From: Patescibacteria group bacterium
GTDB lineage: Bacteria > Patescibacteriota > Microgenomatia > Curtissbacterales > GWA2-41-24
Assembly (NCBI GenBank): GCA_038063735.1
Contig: JBBTUN010000009.1
Span: forward strand, 12,491 to 76,490
Length of the DNA stretch: 64,000 nucleotides
Reading direction: 5' to 3'
This document shows positions 55,477 through 64,000 of this stretch, in pieces. Each line of letters starts with the position of its first letter. The first letter of the stretch is position 1. The notes beneath the pieces are model-generated. The model saw only the letters and a list, made by a program, of their open reading frames with translations, had not been told where the DNA came from and did not search any database. A program made the position numbers and the translations under genes.

Positions 55477-55624
55477 AACATTCCTTCCCGCCAGTGCTCG
55501 CTCGACAAAATAATTGATCGATAGTTAACGAAACTGGCTAGAGCTGCGCGCTGTCGGGATCCTTTCCAGTTGTGCCACCCGCTCAGTGTTGGACCATTTG
55601 ATATCTGAAATTGGTAATTGATAA

Positions 55625-56458
55625 TTACTTCCTCCATTTTTCCGGCAAATATTTATTAAGGGAGCCTGCTCCCATGATTTTATACTGCTGAACTATACCA
55701 ATTATTGTAAACGTATTCCAGTAAAGCGAAAGCCCAACAGGGAAGCCATACGAAAAAAAGGCGATCATTGCCGGCATAATCAAGGCCATTTGGGTTTGCA
55801 TTTGAGCCATCGAATCCTCAAGGCTGTCGCCTTTACCGTCTTTGCCCTTTTTTTTGACGAGAGCCGTAGCCGGTTTTTCGGGATTCACCAGCATCTTTGA
55901 TTGAATGAATTGAAAGACTCCGGTAAGAATTGGGATTATCAATATAAAAATCCCAATAGTTGCCCACTCGTTTGGTTTACTGGACAAACTTAGGCCAAAA
56001 AAAGATGTGTCTGGGATATTTGCCAGTTTTAGTGAAGGGATATATACACGGTCGTTAATATTTGTCAGAAGTTCGCTACTATTTAGATCCACAAACTTTA
56101 AAAGCACCTGGTAAAGAGCAATGAAAACCGGAATCTGAAGAACCAAGGGCAAGCAGCCTGCTGCCGGATTAACACCGTGTTCCTTGTAAAGCTTACTGAC
56201 TTCCTGCTGGTGACGAACTTTGTCACTGCCATGGGTTGCTTTAATTCTGTCCAAGTGCGGCTTTAATTCGGCCATTTTCTTACTGCTTTTAAGCTGGGCG
56301 GTTGTTAGGGGCCAAAGGATTAGTCTAATGACGACTGTTAGGATAATTATTGAAAAACCAAGAGCACCCGGAACCTTAACCTGCGAAAAAGCAGCGTAGA
56401 TTACAATCAGCACGTTTAGGATGGGGTTGATAAGTAGAGCGTCGAAAATATTCATCAT
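55625..56458 (-). CDS. yidC: membrane protein insertase YidC/Oxa1 (short Gram-positive-type)
   Basis: 277 aa with five TM helices, and [19 protein letters not shown] typical of YidC. Located downstream of yidD/rnpA. Confidence 0.85.
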   Translation of the reverse strand: MMNIFDALLINPILNVLIVIYAAFSQVKVPGALGFSIIILTVVIRLILWPLTTAQLKSSKKMAELKPHLDRIKATHGSDKVRHQQEVSKLYKEHGVNPAAGCLPLVLQIPVFIALYQVLLKFVDLNSSELLTNINDRVYIPSLKLANIPDTSFFGLSLSSKPNEWATIGIFILIIPILTGVFQFIQSKMLVNPEKPATALVKKKGKDGKGDSLEDSMAQMQTQMALIMPAMIAFFSYGFPVGLSLYWNTFTIIGIVQQYKIMGAGSLNKYLPEKWRK

Positions 56459-56664
56459 GTTAGTGGATCAATAATTTGCCTTTTGGTGAGCGGGTGGCAC
56501 GCCAGTAGCCTTTTGATTGACAAGGCCAAGCCTTTTCCAAAACCATACTTTTCGAACGCTTGTTGCGAGTAAGCGGAACATGTTGGCAGGAAACGGCAAG
56601 TGACAAGCGTTGACGGGAAAATAATATGATATAGGCGGTAAGCAATTTTAATAATTCTTATCAT
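56455..56664 (-). CDS. yidD: membrane protein insertion efficiency factor YidD
   Basis: [37 protein letters not shown] matches the YidD signature. 69 aa. Confidence 0.8.
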   Translation of the reverse strand: MIRIIKIAYRLYHIIFPSTLVTCRFLPTCSAYSQQAFEKYGFGKGLALSIKRLLACHPLTKRQIIDPLT

Positions 56665-56980
56665 TGTGTATTTTTTTTAAGGACTCTTCGATTTCTACAC
56701 CCACCTCCTTTTGGGTCGAGTGGGCAAAATTAATTTTGGCAATAAAAAGCAGTTCTGCCTTAATATCCTTTTTATTCTTAAGGCTTGCGGCCACCAAGCG
56801 CTTCATTCTATTTCTATCTACCGCAAGTTTTGCAATTTTTTTAGATACTACCGTTGCTGCTTTAAACTGTGGCGCTTTTTTATAAATGATATCAAAGCGC
56901 AAGCCCAAAATCCTCTGGCCTTTAAATCTTCCTGAATTTTTATTTTTGGATAAATTTAAACGGCTAATTTTCGCCAACAT
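56648..56980 (-). CDS. rnpA: ribonuclease P protein component
   Basis: 110 aa, basic. [23 protein letters not shown] ... RNRMKRLV is the RnpA pattern. The start overlaps the rpmH stop (TAATG). Confidence 0.8.
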   Translation of the reverse strand: MLAKISRLNLSKNKNSGRFKGQRILGLRFDIIYKKAPQFKAATVVSKKIAKLAVDRNRMKRLVAASLKNKKDIKAELLFIAKINFAHSTQKEVGVEIEESLKKIHNDKNY

Positions 56981-57117
56981 TAAACTGTTAACTTCGCGCG
57001 TTTTTTGGTTCTTCTTCTTTTGACAACATTTTGTCCGTCGGTTGTTCTCATGCGCACGCGAAAACCGTGTGTTTTGGCCCTTTTTCTTTTTTTAGGTTGA
57101 TAAGTTCGTTTTGGCAT
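56980..57117 (-). CDS. rpmH: 50S ribosomal protein L34
   Basis: Absent from the ORF track because it is under 60 aa. The minus-strand translation [45 protein letters not shown] is a textbook L34. Confidence 0.85.
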   Translation of the reverse strand: MPKRTYQPKKRKRAKTHGFRVRMRTTDGQNVVKRRRTKKRAKLTV

Positions 57118-57198
57118 GAGGTAAAGATTATACTAAGGGCAAAAAATTTGCAAGTTGTTGCCTAAATAGATAGTTTTTACACATTTAATTTTGATATG

Positions 57199-57227
57199 TT
57201 GACAGTGTGGAAAAGATTTGTAATTAT
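57199..57227 (+). promoter_or_regulatory. candidate dnaA promoter TTGACA-N16-TAATTAT overlapping a DnaA box
   Basis: TTGACAGTGTGGAAAAGATTTGTAATTAT. The spacer contains TGTGGAAAA, which is TTTTCCACA on the opposite strand, suggesting autoregulation. Confidence 0.4.
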
Positions 57228-57350
57228 GGATACCGGACTTAAGTTTTAGTCCACTTTTAGTAGATTTAAAATCTTCAGTAAAAATTGCCTGCACAAAATT
57301 TTACCGGAGCATGAGCTTGCTCTAACTGCCATAAACTCTTTGAGATTAAT

Positions 57351-58706
57351 ATGTATAAGATCGGCCAAAAGGTGTGGGGAGAAGTCCTTAGCGACCTTAA
57401 AATATCTGTTTCTGCTTCGAATTTTAAGACCTGGTTTTTGGGGTCCTATGTTATGGATTTTAAAAAAGAGGAGAATTCTAACGTTTTAACGATTGGAGTA
57501 AAAAGCAGCTTTTTGAAAGAACAAATTGAAAGGCGATACCAGGACACAATTAACCAAATACTAGTTAGAAAAAAGGCCAACACCAATGTTAATTTTGTTG
57601 TTGGACAGCCTAATAGAGTGGAAGAGCAGACTAATACACCGTTATTCACAGGCGTTGCTCAACAATTCTTCCAACCGCTTAGGCGACCCGATTCCCTCAA
57701 TGCGGGCTACACCTTTAAAAACTATGTGGTTGGGGTTTCCAATAATCTTGCTTATATAGCTGCAACCCAGGTAGTTGGCGACCCGGGCAAAATTTATAAT
57801 CCCTTTCTTGTTTATGGACCAACCGGGGTTGGTAAAACTCATCTTTTGCAAGCTATTGGTAATGATTTTTTGGCAAAGTATACGGACGCAAAAGTTCTTT
57901 ATGTAACAGCAGAAAAGTTTACGAACGATTACTTAGAATCGCTTTCTAACAAAACGCAGATTGCCTTCCGCAGCAAGTATAGAAACGTCCACTTGTTAAT
58001 TATTGATGACATGCAATTTTTGGCAGGTAAAGAAAGTACACAAGATGAATTCTTCCACACTTTTAACGACCTGGACCTGGCCGGCCGGCAAATAATTGCG
58101 GCTTGCGACAGACACCCAAAAGACTTGGGGAAATTAAAAGAGAGACTTGTAAGCAGATTCCTGGGCGGTATGTGTGTTGATATTGGGCCGGCTGACTTAG
58201 ATATGAAAATCGCTATCGTTAAGTCAAAATGCGACGAGCGTGGAGTAAGTGTTGCCAATGATGTTATTGAGCATATAGCCAGTCAATGCAGTGGGGGAGC
58301 CCGTGAACTTGAGGGGATGCTGACGACAACACTCGCCCACATTAGACTTTCGGGTGGAAACACAAACACCAATGATATTAAAAATGCAATTCTCAGGAAT
58401 AAAAAGTTTATACCTAAAAAATTAACAATAGGTATGGTGAGCGACGCGGTATGTAGACATTTTAAGGTTTCCCTCGAGGATTTGAGAGGCTCTTCCAGAA
58501 AGGCCCGAACTGTTTATATTAGGCAGCTACTTATGTATATGCTGAGAAAAGAGCTTGAGTTGCCTCTTGTTGCAATTGGCGATGTTTTGGGGGGCCGCGA
58601 CCACTCAACTGTTATACATAGTGTTTATAAGATGGAAACAGAGATAAGCCTCAAGCAAAGTTTGCGTGATGAGGTGCACCGCATTAAGTCCCTTTTGGAA
58701 GCTTAA
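57351..58706 (+). CDS. dnaA: chromosomal replication initiator protein DnaA
   Basis: N-terminus MYKIGQKVWGEVLSDLK...NFKTWF, AAA+ Walker A GPTGVGKTHLLQAIGN, and C-terminal DNA-binding domain (VYIRQLLMYMLRKEL...RDHSTVIHS). Confidence 0.95.
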   Translation: MYKIGQKVWGEVLSDLKISVSASNFKTWFLGSYVMDFKKEENSNVLTIGVKSSFLKEQIERRYQDTINQILVRKKANTNVNFVVGQPNRVEEQTNTPLFTGVAQQFFQPLRRPDSLNAGYTFKNYVVGVSNNLAYIAATQVVGDPGKIYNPFLVYGPTGVGKTHLLQAIGNDFLAKYTDAKVLYVTAEKFTNDYLESLSNKTQIAFRSKYRNVHLLIIDDMQFLAGKESTQDEFFHTFNDLDLAGRQIIAACDRHPKDLGKLKERLVSRFLGGMCVDIGPADLDMKIAIVKSKCDERGVSVANDVIEHIASQCSGGARELEGMLTTTLAHIRLSGGNTNTNDIKNAILRNKKFIPKKLTIGMVSDAVCRHFKVSLEDLRGSSRKARTVYIRQLLMYMLRKELELPLVAIGDVLGGRDHSTVIHSVYKMETEISLKQSLRDEVHRIKSLLEA

Positions 58707-58967
58707 GTTCTCCCCATGTTTTAAACACATAATTTTTGGCTTGGCCTACTAAATAACGGTGGTTTTGAACATAGTTTTCCACAACACACCAGCCTTAACT
58801 ATTTCTTTTTTATTAACTTTTCCACATTACTATATAAACTACTACTGTTTTGATTAAGCTAGAAAATTAGATATATTAAAGTGTTATAATCACGAGGGGA
58901 TTACGTTACAACTTAATCTTTTTGACTTCTGCCCACAGGTTTTTTCTCGGAACCCCAAATTTGGTAA
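58707..58967. other. probable chromosomal origin of replication (oriC) in the dnaA-dnaN intergenic region
   Basis: Two perfect TTTTCCACA DnaA boxes in the same orientation (58775-58783 and 58818-58826) are followed by a ~60 nt AT-rich stretch (TATATAAACTACTACTGTTTTGATTAAGCTAGAAAATTAGATATATTAAAG) suitable as a DNA unwinding element. Confidence 0.5.
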
Positions 58968-60110
58968 ATGAAATTTTCAATAAATCAACAAGTATTTTTA
59001 AAGTCTTTAAGTGTTGTCAATAGATCTCTTTTGTCCAAAAGCAACTTACCAATACTTGCCAATGTTTTAATAAGTGCCAAAGGCGGCAAGATAGAGTTTG
59101 TAACAACAAGCCTGGAGACTGCAACCAGGGTAGAAATAGCAGGGAAGGTGACAGAGGAAGGAAGAACAACCCTGCCTAGCAGGGCGGTGAACGAATTTGT
59201 TTCACAACTTAATGAAGTAGAACTATCTTTTGAAAAGCTTGGGGAAGAAGTTCTTATTTCTGCACCGGGGTTTAAGGCAAGGTTTGCGACAATGGCAGCT
59301 GAAGAGTTCCCGGCAATTCCAAAAGTTGACAGCGGGAAACAGGTGGAAGTTGTGGGCCAGGACTTTGTTGAGGGGATAAACAAGGTAGTATTTTGTGCCG
59401 CAGTTGATGAGAGCCGGCCGATTTTAACCGGCGTGCTTGTTGAGACAAATAAGAAGGGTTTTTCTATGGTTGCAACCGATGGGTTCCGCTTGGGTTTTTG
59501 CCAGGTTAAGGTGGAGGGGCAGCAGGAGCCGGGCGGCCTCAAATTTATAATACCCGCAAAGGCGCTTAGTGAAATAGCCAAGATAATATCAGAATCAAAT
59601 GAAGAAAAAGGGGTAGGGGTAAAGGTTAAAATGATGGTGTCTGATAACTTGAGCCAGGTAGTTTTTAAGATAAATAATGTAGAGTTTACATCCCGACTTA
59701 TTGAAGGAGTTTTTCCAAACTGGGAGAAGCTGATCCCAAGCACATTTAGTTCAAAGGCAAAACTTAATAGGGGTGAATTCTTAAGACTTATTAAAATTGC
59801 CTCAATTTTTTCCCGGGACTCCGGCAATATAGTCAAATTGAGCCTTGAGAATGGTGGGAAGACCTCGAAGCTCTCGGTTAATTCTACAACAGCGCAGGTT
59901 GGGTCAAGTGAATCGGAAATACCAATTGCTATGGATGGGAAAGGCGGGGAGATTGCTTTTAATTATCGTTATCTAATAGAGGCACTAACTACCATCGGAG
60001 AAGAGGATGTGAATTTTGAAATGAATGAGAGTTTAAATCCGGGTAAAATAACAGGAACTACTGATGACAATTTTTTCCATATAATCATGCCTGTTCGATT
60101 GCAGAATTGA
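58968..60110 (+). CDS. dnaN: DNA polymerase III beta sliding clamp
   Basis: MKFSINQQVFLKSLSVVNRSL... in a three-domain, 380-aa protein immediately downstream of dnaA. Confidence 0.9.
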   Translation: MKFSINQQVFLKSLSVVNRSLLSKSNLPILANVLISAKGGKIEFVTTSLETATRVEIAGKVTEEGRTTLPSRAVNEFVSQLNEVELSFEKLGEEVLISAPGFKARFATMAAEEFPAIPKVDSGKQVEVVGQDFVEGINKVVFCAAVDESRPILTGVLVETNKKGFSMVATDGFRLGFCQVKVEGQQEPGGLKFIIPAKALSEIAKIISESNEEKGVGVKVKMMVSDNLSQVVFKINNVEFTSRLIEGVFPNWEKLIPSTFSSKAKLNRGEFLRLIKIASIFSRDSGNIVKLSLENGGKTSKLSVNSTTAQVGSSESEIPIAMDGKGGEIAFNYRYLIEALTTIGEEDVNFEMNESLNPGKITGTTDDNFFHIIMPVRLQN

Positions 60111-60148
60111 CCTTTGGCATTTGACAATTGACCTTTGGCATTTGACAA
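60107..60148 (+). repeat. perfect 21-bp tandem direct repeat (TTGACCTTTGGCATTTGACAA x2) spanning the dnaN stop and the start of the downstream gene
   Basis: Seen directly. Copy 1 is 60107-60127 and copy 2 is 60128-60148. Each copy holds two TTGAC half-sites. Confidence 0.7.
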
Positions 60149-60458
60149 TCTCTTTGTGTTTAAACCGGTTGGATCTTTGATTAACAAAATACCCCAAAGG
60201 GCGAAGGTTGGCGACGCTTTGGTTGCTATTAGGGTGAGACAAGCTGCAAAGGATGCATTGGACGGTTTTCTTAAAAATTACCCGCCAGAGGTTAGAAGTG
60301 GTGTAAAAATAAAAACATACAAAAATGGGGTTTTGACCATTAATGCTACACCTTCGGTCTCCGCGGAACTGCATATGAGCGCCAATAGGTTAATTGAGGA
60401 GGTAAACTATATCTTAAAGACAAAGGCTGTCAAGGCTCTGAGGTTTAAGGCATTTTAG
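60135..60458 (+). CDS. DUF721-domain protein (DciA-like, possible helicase-loader/replication-associated factor)
   Basis: 107 aa. The pattern VGDALVAIRVRQAAKDALDGFL...VKIKTYKNGVLTINATPSVSAELHMSANRLIEEVNYIL fits DUF721 proteins commonly encoded next to dnaN. The start is TTG (60135) or GTG (60156), and no ATG is available. Confidence 0.4.
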   Translation: MAFDNLFVFKPVGSLINKIPQRAKVGDALVAIRVRQAAKDALDGFLKNYPPEVRSGVKIKTYKNGVLTINATPSVSAELHMSANRLIEEVNYILKTKAVKALRFKAF

Positions 60459-61495
60459 GGAGAGACAGCGGGGAGATACATTATTACGGATCCAGGCGCA
60501 CCCTTTGAAGTTGTAAAATTACCTTCGAAAACATAAATTGGCTGAATTGTTCCATCTGGTTTATTTGTGTAGAAATAAGCTAAGTAAATATTTTTGATAG
60601 TTACGGTACCAATTTCTTGCACGTTAAGGTTGTAAAGGTCATTTGCCTGCCCAAATTTATCGAGAATGAAAGCAGAGGTTATAACAGCTTTCTTAGCATT
60701 AAGTTCGCTAAGCGCTGTTTGTTTATTTTTTAATTTGTAACTTTCTGACTCGTCAAACGAGAAAGGGTAAGTGATATTGGCTTCAATAACGTTTCCGTCC
60801 TGGCTAACCTTAATTTTTGCAAAAGAGGGCTGTCGTGAGTTAGTAAGAACTTTGTACGCGCCTATGTTTAGGTCGAAAGAGAATTCTATGAATTGAGCAG
60901 AGTCCTTTGGGGCGCTTACGTAGGCGTCTCCCTGGATTTTTTGGTAGTTGGTTTGGGAAGAGTTAATAGTCAACTCGAATGGTAAAAAGCCTAAATTGTT
61001 TAGAAAGCCTGACGCGGCCCCTATCAATTCTTCGGTGGGTTTTTGTCCAGTTGAGTTTTGCAGCGTCTTGTTTGTGTATCTTATTTCCTTTTTATTAATT
61101 TCCAGATCGTGGGTTGGTGTATTAAAGCTATACTGGATGCCCGAATAAGTGTTTTCTTTGAGAGTTGGCTTTGGGTCAAGCCCAAAACTTTTGGCAGTTG
61201 TTGACGCTTGCTCGTCACTTAGCTCGGTGGGTTTTAGGTTATAAGTGGGAAGCTTGTCTGGTATTTTCGGGAAGGCTGCTTCAACTTTGAATGAAGAGGC
61301 GGATTTGTCAGTATTTTGTTCGATTGCTGGTCGGGGAATTGAAGGACTTGTCGGGGTTTTGAGACCTTGGACTTTTAAAAATATCAAATAGAGAAGCGGT
61401 GGAATCAGAAGAAAAAAGACCAGGGGAAGAATATATTTTTTTATATATGCAGATGTTTCTCCAAGTGTTGCCATGGTTAGTAGGTTACCCCGCAA
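60455..61495 (-). CDS. membrane-anchored exported hypothetical protein
   Basis: 346 aa with an N-terminal TM helix (ILPLVFFLLIPPLLYLIFL). No recognised family. Overlaps the upstream large gene by 19 nt. Confidence 0.35.
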   Translation of the reverse strand: MRGNLLTMATLGETSAYIKKYILPLVFFLLIPPLLYLIFLKVQGLKTPTSPSIPRPAIEQNTDKSASSFKVEAAFPKIPDKLPTYNLKPTELSDEQASTTAKSFGLDPKPTLKENTYSGIQYSFNTPTHDLEINKKEIRYTNKTLQNSTGQKPTEELIGAASGFLNNLGFLPFELTINSSQTNYQKIQGDAYVSAPKDSAQFIEFSFDLNIGAYKVLTNSRQPSFAKIKVSQDGNVIEANITYPFSFDESESYKLKNKQTALSELNAKKAVITSAFILDKFGQANDLYNLNVQEIGTVTIKNIYLAYFYTNKPDGTIQPIYVFEGNFTTSKGAPGSVIMYLPAVSP

Positions 61496-63936
61496 GCGGC
61501 TTCTCCATCGCAGGTTTGGGGAGGAGAGGTTGGGATATATGGGGTTGTCATATTTAGACCGATAAACGAATAGTGTAAATGCGGACCGGTGACGTGACCA
61601 GTGTCGCCTACTCTGCCAATTTGTGTGCCAAATGTAATTGGTTGGTTCGGAGCGACAAGCGCATCGATACTATTTAGGTGCGCCCACCTGGCAGTAAAGG
61701 CGGTGCCATTACAGTTTCCGGCCACGTCGACAAATCTACCATAACCATTATCGTTCGCGTCATTTACTCTAATCGCCGTGCCGGTAAAGGTTGCAAAAGT
61801 CGGGGTATTAGTTGTTGTTGCGCCGGCGATGTCGATTGCTTCTTCACCGAATGCAAAAAGTGCGTTGTGAGACCAGGCACCCTTAATACCTTGGCTGATT
61901 GTTCCTGCTGCCGTCGGCCAGCCGGCTGGGCAATTTGCCGGCGGGTTACCGATTTGAACGGTTGTTGTAGCCGAATCTGTTTTGGTGGTGCCATCGGCCA
62001 TTGTGGCATTGACAGTAATTGTATTGATGATACTTGAATCGGTTGGGATTGAAGTTGTGGATATTGGAATATTGACGCTGCAGAAATTATTGGGAGCGAT
62101 TGGGGTAGGTTCCGGGCATCCGGCTTGTAGTGCGAGAGAAATGGGGTTTCCATTTTTATCTTGAGTTATCGGAGCCGAATCAATGCCATTTTTATCTCTA
62201 TATCTTAAAAAGTCGACCATGGTGTGACTTTGGATTGCCTGGGATTTGGCAGTTAGTTTTATGGTGAAGGTGACGACAGCTCCCGGAGTAGCAAGTTGCC
62301 TGGGATCTGCTGTTTTTTCGATGGTAAAGAATTCGTTTACACCAGGGATTACGACCTCCGATGCTAAATCACCTTCCGGTGTGTAGAAGGCGGAGTTGGT
62401 GACAACGCCTGCAAGAATCGTGCCGGTAGTTATGGATGCAATGCTGCCGCCGATTGCGACTGTGGTGATATTGCCTGCAATGGCGCTTCCAGAAGAAGTT
62501 AGTGCGTTAAGAGTACCTTTGGCGATGGTACCTAAGAATCCGAAAGTGCTTTCGGCTGCTGTGGCGACTCCTCCCCAGATTGAGGAGGCAATGCCGGTTG
62601 CAAAGGTGCCCGCAGAACTTATCAAAGTTGCAGATGCGTTACCTACACCACTGCCGACATATTCGATGCCGCCTTTTGCTCCACTACCAAAGTTGCTAAC
62701 CCAATCCCGAAATGCATTGAACGGTTTGGTGATAATTTCCCAAGGATGGGTAGCCAGGTGAATGGTGGCCAGTGGGTCTACCCAGCCGCGCCAGGCCCAG
62801 TATCCTACCCAGCCAATATATAAAAATGGTCCGACAACAGGTACAGCAAGAAGCGGCAACCCAGTAACAAGGCCAAAGGCCAGGCCGGATATTACGCCTA
62901 ATAGCTTGGCCATCAACATTAGCCACAAAAGGAATATCAAAGCCTGGATGGCGGCCATTATTTTTAGAACTTTTACGAGTAGTCTTTTGAGCTTATCCTT
63001 AAAAAGGAGGGCTATATTTGCTACAGCACCGACCAGGGTGCCGCTGGTAATTAGAATTTTTAGCGCTTTAATTACTTTGATAAGTGTTTTTATTGTGCTG
63101 GCAATACCTTTTACGTTTGAGACCAAGTTGACGGCAGGTGCAATTGCAGCTGCGCCGAGTGCTGTTGCCTTATTTTGGGCACCGGTTGCTACTGCCTGGC
63201 CTACCGATTTTGCGGCGGTTTTGGGGCTTGTTACCGCCGTTCTGGTAAATTTGGCTCCTTGGCTAATTCCTCCAACAACTTTTACGGTGTTATCTTTAAA
63301 ATTTATGAATGGTCGCGCGACAACATAGCCTGCGTCTTTGGCCATGTTTTTGGCACCGGACTTTACGGACCTAAATATTTTTTGTCTGAGAGTCGGTTTT
63401 TCGAAGATACTGAGATCCGGTGGGGTTGCTCCCTGGCCGCTTGCTGCCGGAATCGGTATTTGAATTGGCTTTAGTGCTTGCGGAGCTTGGGGTGCAGCGG
63501 CATTTGCTTGCATCTGCTTTACTTTTTCGGCTTCCGCGATGATTGTTCCTGCCACTAGCCCAGTACCTGCAGCTTTTGCGCCTTCCAGTTTTTTACTCTC
63601 ACGGTTTAGCTCGGATTGTTCTTTGGCAATCTCCGCGTTTAGCTGTTTGATTTCGCGGTCCGATTCCAAAAAGCGCTCCCGTGTTTTTTCGGCTTCCTCT
63701 GTGAGAGTTTCAATTGAGGCAAACTTTTCTTCAATACTTTTTGCCAATATCTCGGCTTGTTCGTGTTGGCCTTGGCTGGTTGCGAGAGTCTGCGCGGCCT
63801 GGAGTTCTGTTATTGTCTTTCTGGTTTGGTCTATAGTGGCTTTGAGGGACTTTTGTTTTTCCCTGAGAGATACGAATTGGTTAGATCTTAGGCCCCTTGC
63901 TCTTTTAAGCCCGTCTAATTTTATTGAAATTGCCAT
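61477..63936 (-). CDS. large (819 aa) multi-domain envelope protein: N-terminal coiled coil, Gly/Ala/Ser-rich polytopic membrane region, DUF11-like beta domain, C-terminal M23 peptidase
   Basis: The coiled coil spans aa 1-130. Several hydrophobic or glycine-zipper segments follow (e.g. LLWLMLMAKLLGVISGLAFGLVTGLPLLAVPVVGPFLYIGWVGYW). The C-terminus has the M23 motifs ...GRFVDVAG...GDTGHVTGPHLHYSF. Confidence 0.55.
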   Translation of the reverse strand: MAISIKLDGLKRARGLRSNQFVSLREKQKSLKATIDQTRKTITELQAAQTLATSQGQHEQAEILAKSIEEKFASIETLTEEAEKTRERFLESDREIKQLNAEIAKEQSELNRESKKLEGAKAAGTGLVAGTIIAEAEKVKQMQANAAAPQAPQALKPIQIPIPAASGQGATPPDLSIFEKPTLRQKIFRSVKSGAKNMAKDAGYVVARPFINFKDNTVKVVGGISQGAKFTRTAVTSPKTAAKSVGQAVATGAQNKATALGAAAIAPAVNLVSNVKGIASTIKTLIKVIKALKILITSGTLVGAVANIALLFKDKLKRLLVKVLKIMAAIQALIFLLWLMLMAKLLGVISGLAFGLVTGLPLLAVPVVGPFLYIGWVGYWAWRGWVDPLATIHLATHPWEIITKPFNAFRDWVSNFGSGAKGGIEYVGSGVGNASATLISSAGTFATGIASSIWGGVATAAESTFGFLGTIAKGTLNALTSSGSAIAGNITTVAIGGSIASITTGTILAGVVTNSAFYTPEGDLASEVVIPGVNEFFTIEKTADPRQLATPGAVVTFTIKLTAKSQAIQSHTMVDFLRYRDKNGIDSAPITQDKNGNPISLALQAGCPEPTPIAPNNFCSVNIPISTTSIPTDSSIINTITVNATMADGTTKTDSATTTVQIGNPPANCPAGWPTAAGTISQGIKGAWSHNALFAFGEEAIDIAGATTTNTPTFATFTGTAIRVNDANDNGYGRFVDVAGNCNGTAFTARWAHLNSIDALVAPNQPITFGTQIGRVGDTGHVTGPHLHYSFIGLNMTTPYIPTSPPQTCDGEAACGVTY

Positions 63937-64000
63937 GGCAGAGTTTGTTGTCTATAACAATATATCACTTGGTAGGCAAAAACTCACAGATTCCTTACCA

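Noticed and set aside
60107-60148. Sigma-54 (-24/-12) promoter within the 21-bp tandem repeat because of the TGGCA element
   Set aside because: The spacing and sequence after TGGCAT (ttgacAATTG) do not match the GG-N10-GC (-24 TGGCAC / -12 TTGCA) arrangement.
1-64000. tRNA, rRNA, tmRNA or RNase P RNA genes
   Set aside because: I scanned all intergenic regions longer than 80 bp for tRNA-like T-arm/acceptor features (GGTTCGAAT-like) and rRNA-like conserved blocks and recognised none. Absence is not proven without tRNAscan/Infernal.

Overview
This 64 kb window looks like chromosomal sequence from a small-genome, low-GC (~40%) bacterium whose gene content resembles Candidate Phyla Radiation/Patescibacteria: many short secreted or membrane hypothetical proteins, little recognizable metabolism, and several genes with non-ATG starts or tight overlaps. 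That lineage call is an inference. The 3' part holds the classic replication-origin neighbourhood, rpmH-rnpA-yidD-yidC-jag on the minus strand diverging from dnaA-dnaN-DUF721(DciA-like) on the plus strand, with two perfect TTTTCCACA DnaA boxes and an AT-rich unwinding element in the dnaA-dnaN spacer. Housekeeping genes I can support are metG, tatD, valS, tsaD, pyrG, groES/groEL, csrA, rplY, rnhA, a class A PBP, a UvrD-family helicase fused to a Cas4-like PD-(D/E)xK nuclease next to rmuC, an M23 peptidase, and a HigB/HigA-like toxin-antitoxin pair with a perfect 16-bp palindromic operator. Two cell-envelope glycan loci stand out. One (16.4-23.3 kb) encodes a processive GT2 (QxxRW), two GT-C glycosyltransferases, a WecA/MraY-family transferase and a decaprenyl-phosphate phosphoribosyltransferase-like UbiA enzyme. 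The other (48.5-55.0 kb) encodes an epimerase-DUF4012 fusion, a Wzz-like protein, a Wzx flippase and an O-antigen-ligase-like protein. Unexplained structure that I found includes: arrays of 8-9 bp GTCGGTA/TCAGTA repeats at two loci, a ~70 nt AT-rich repeat present twice, 7-bp and 8-bp tandem repeats inside coding regions, and a conserved two-part motif in two divergent promoter regions. I also noticed a 21-bp tandem duplication between dnaN and the DciA-like gene, and a three-gene operon (45.1-48.4 kb) with elevated GC that encodes an 854-aa disordered coiled-coil protein with a C-terminal membrane anchor. No rRNA, tRNA or CRISPR arrays were recognised. Coordinates of hand-located motifs may be off by ±1-2 nt.
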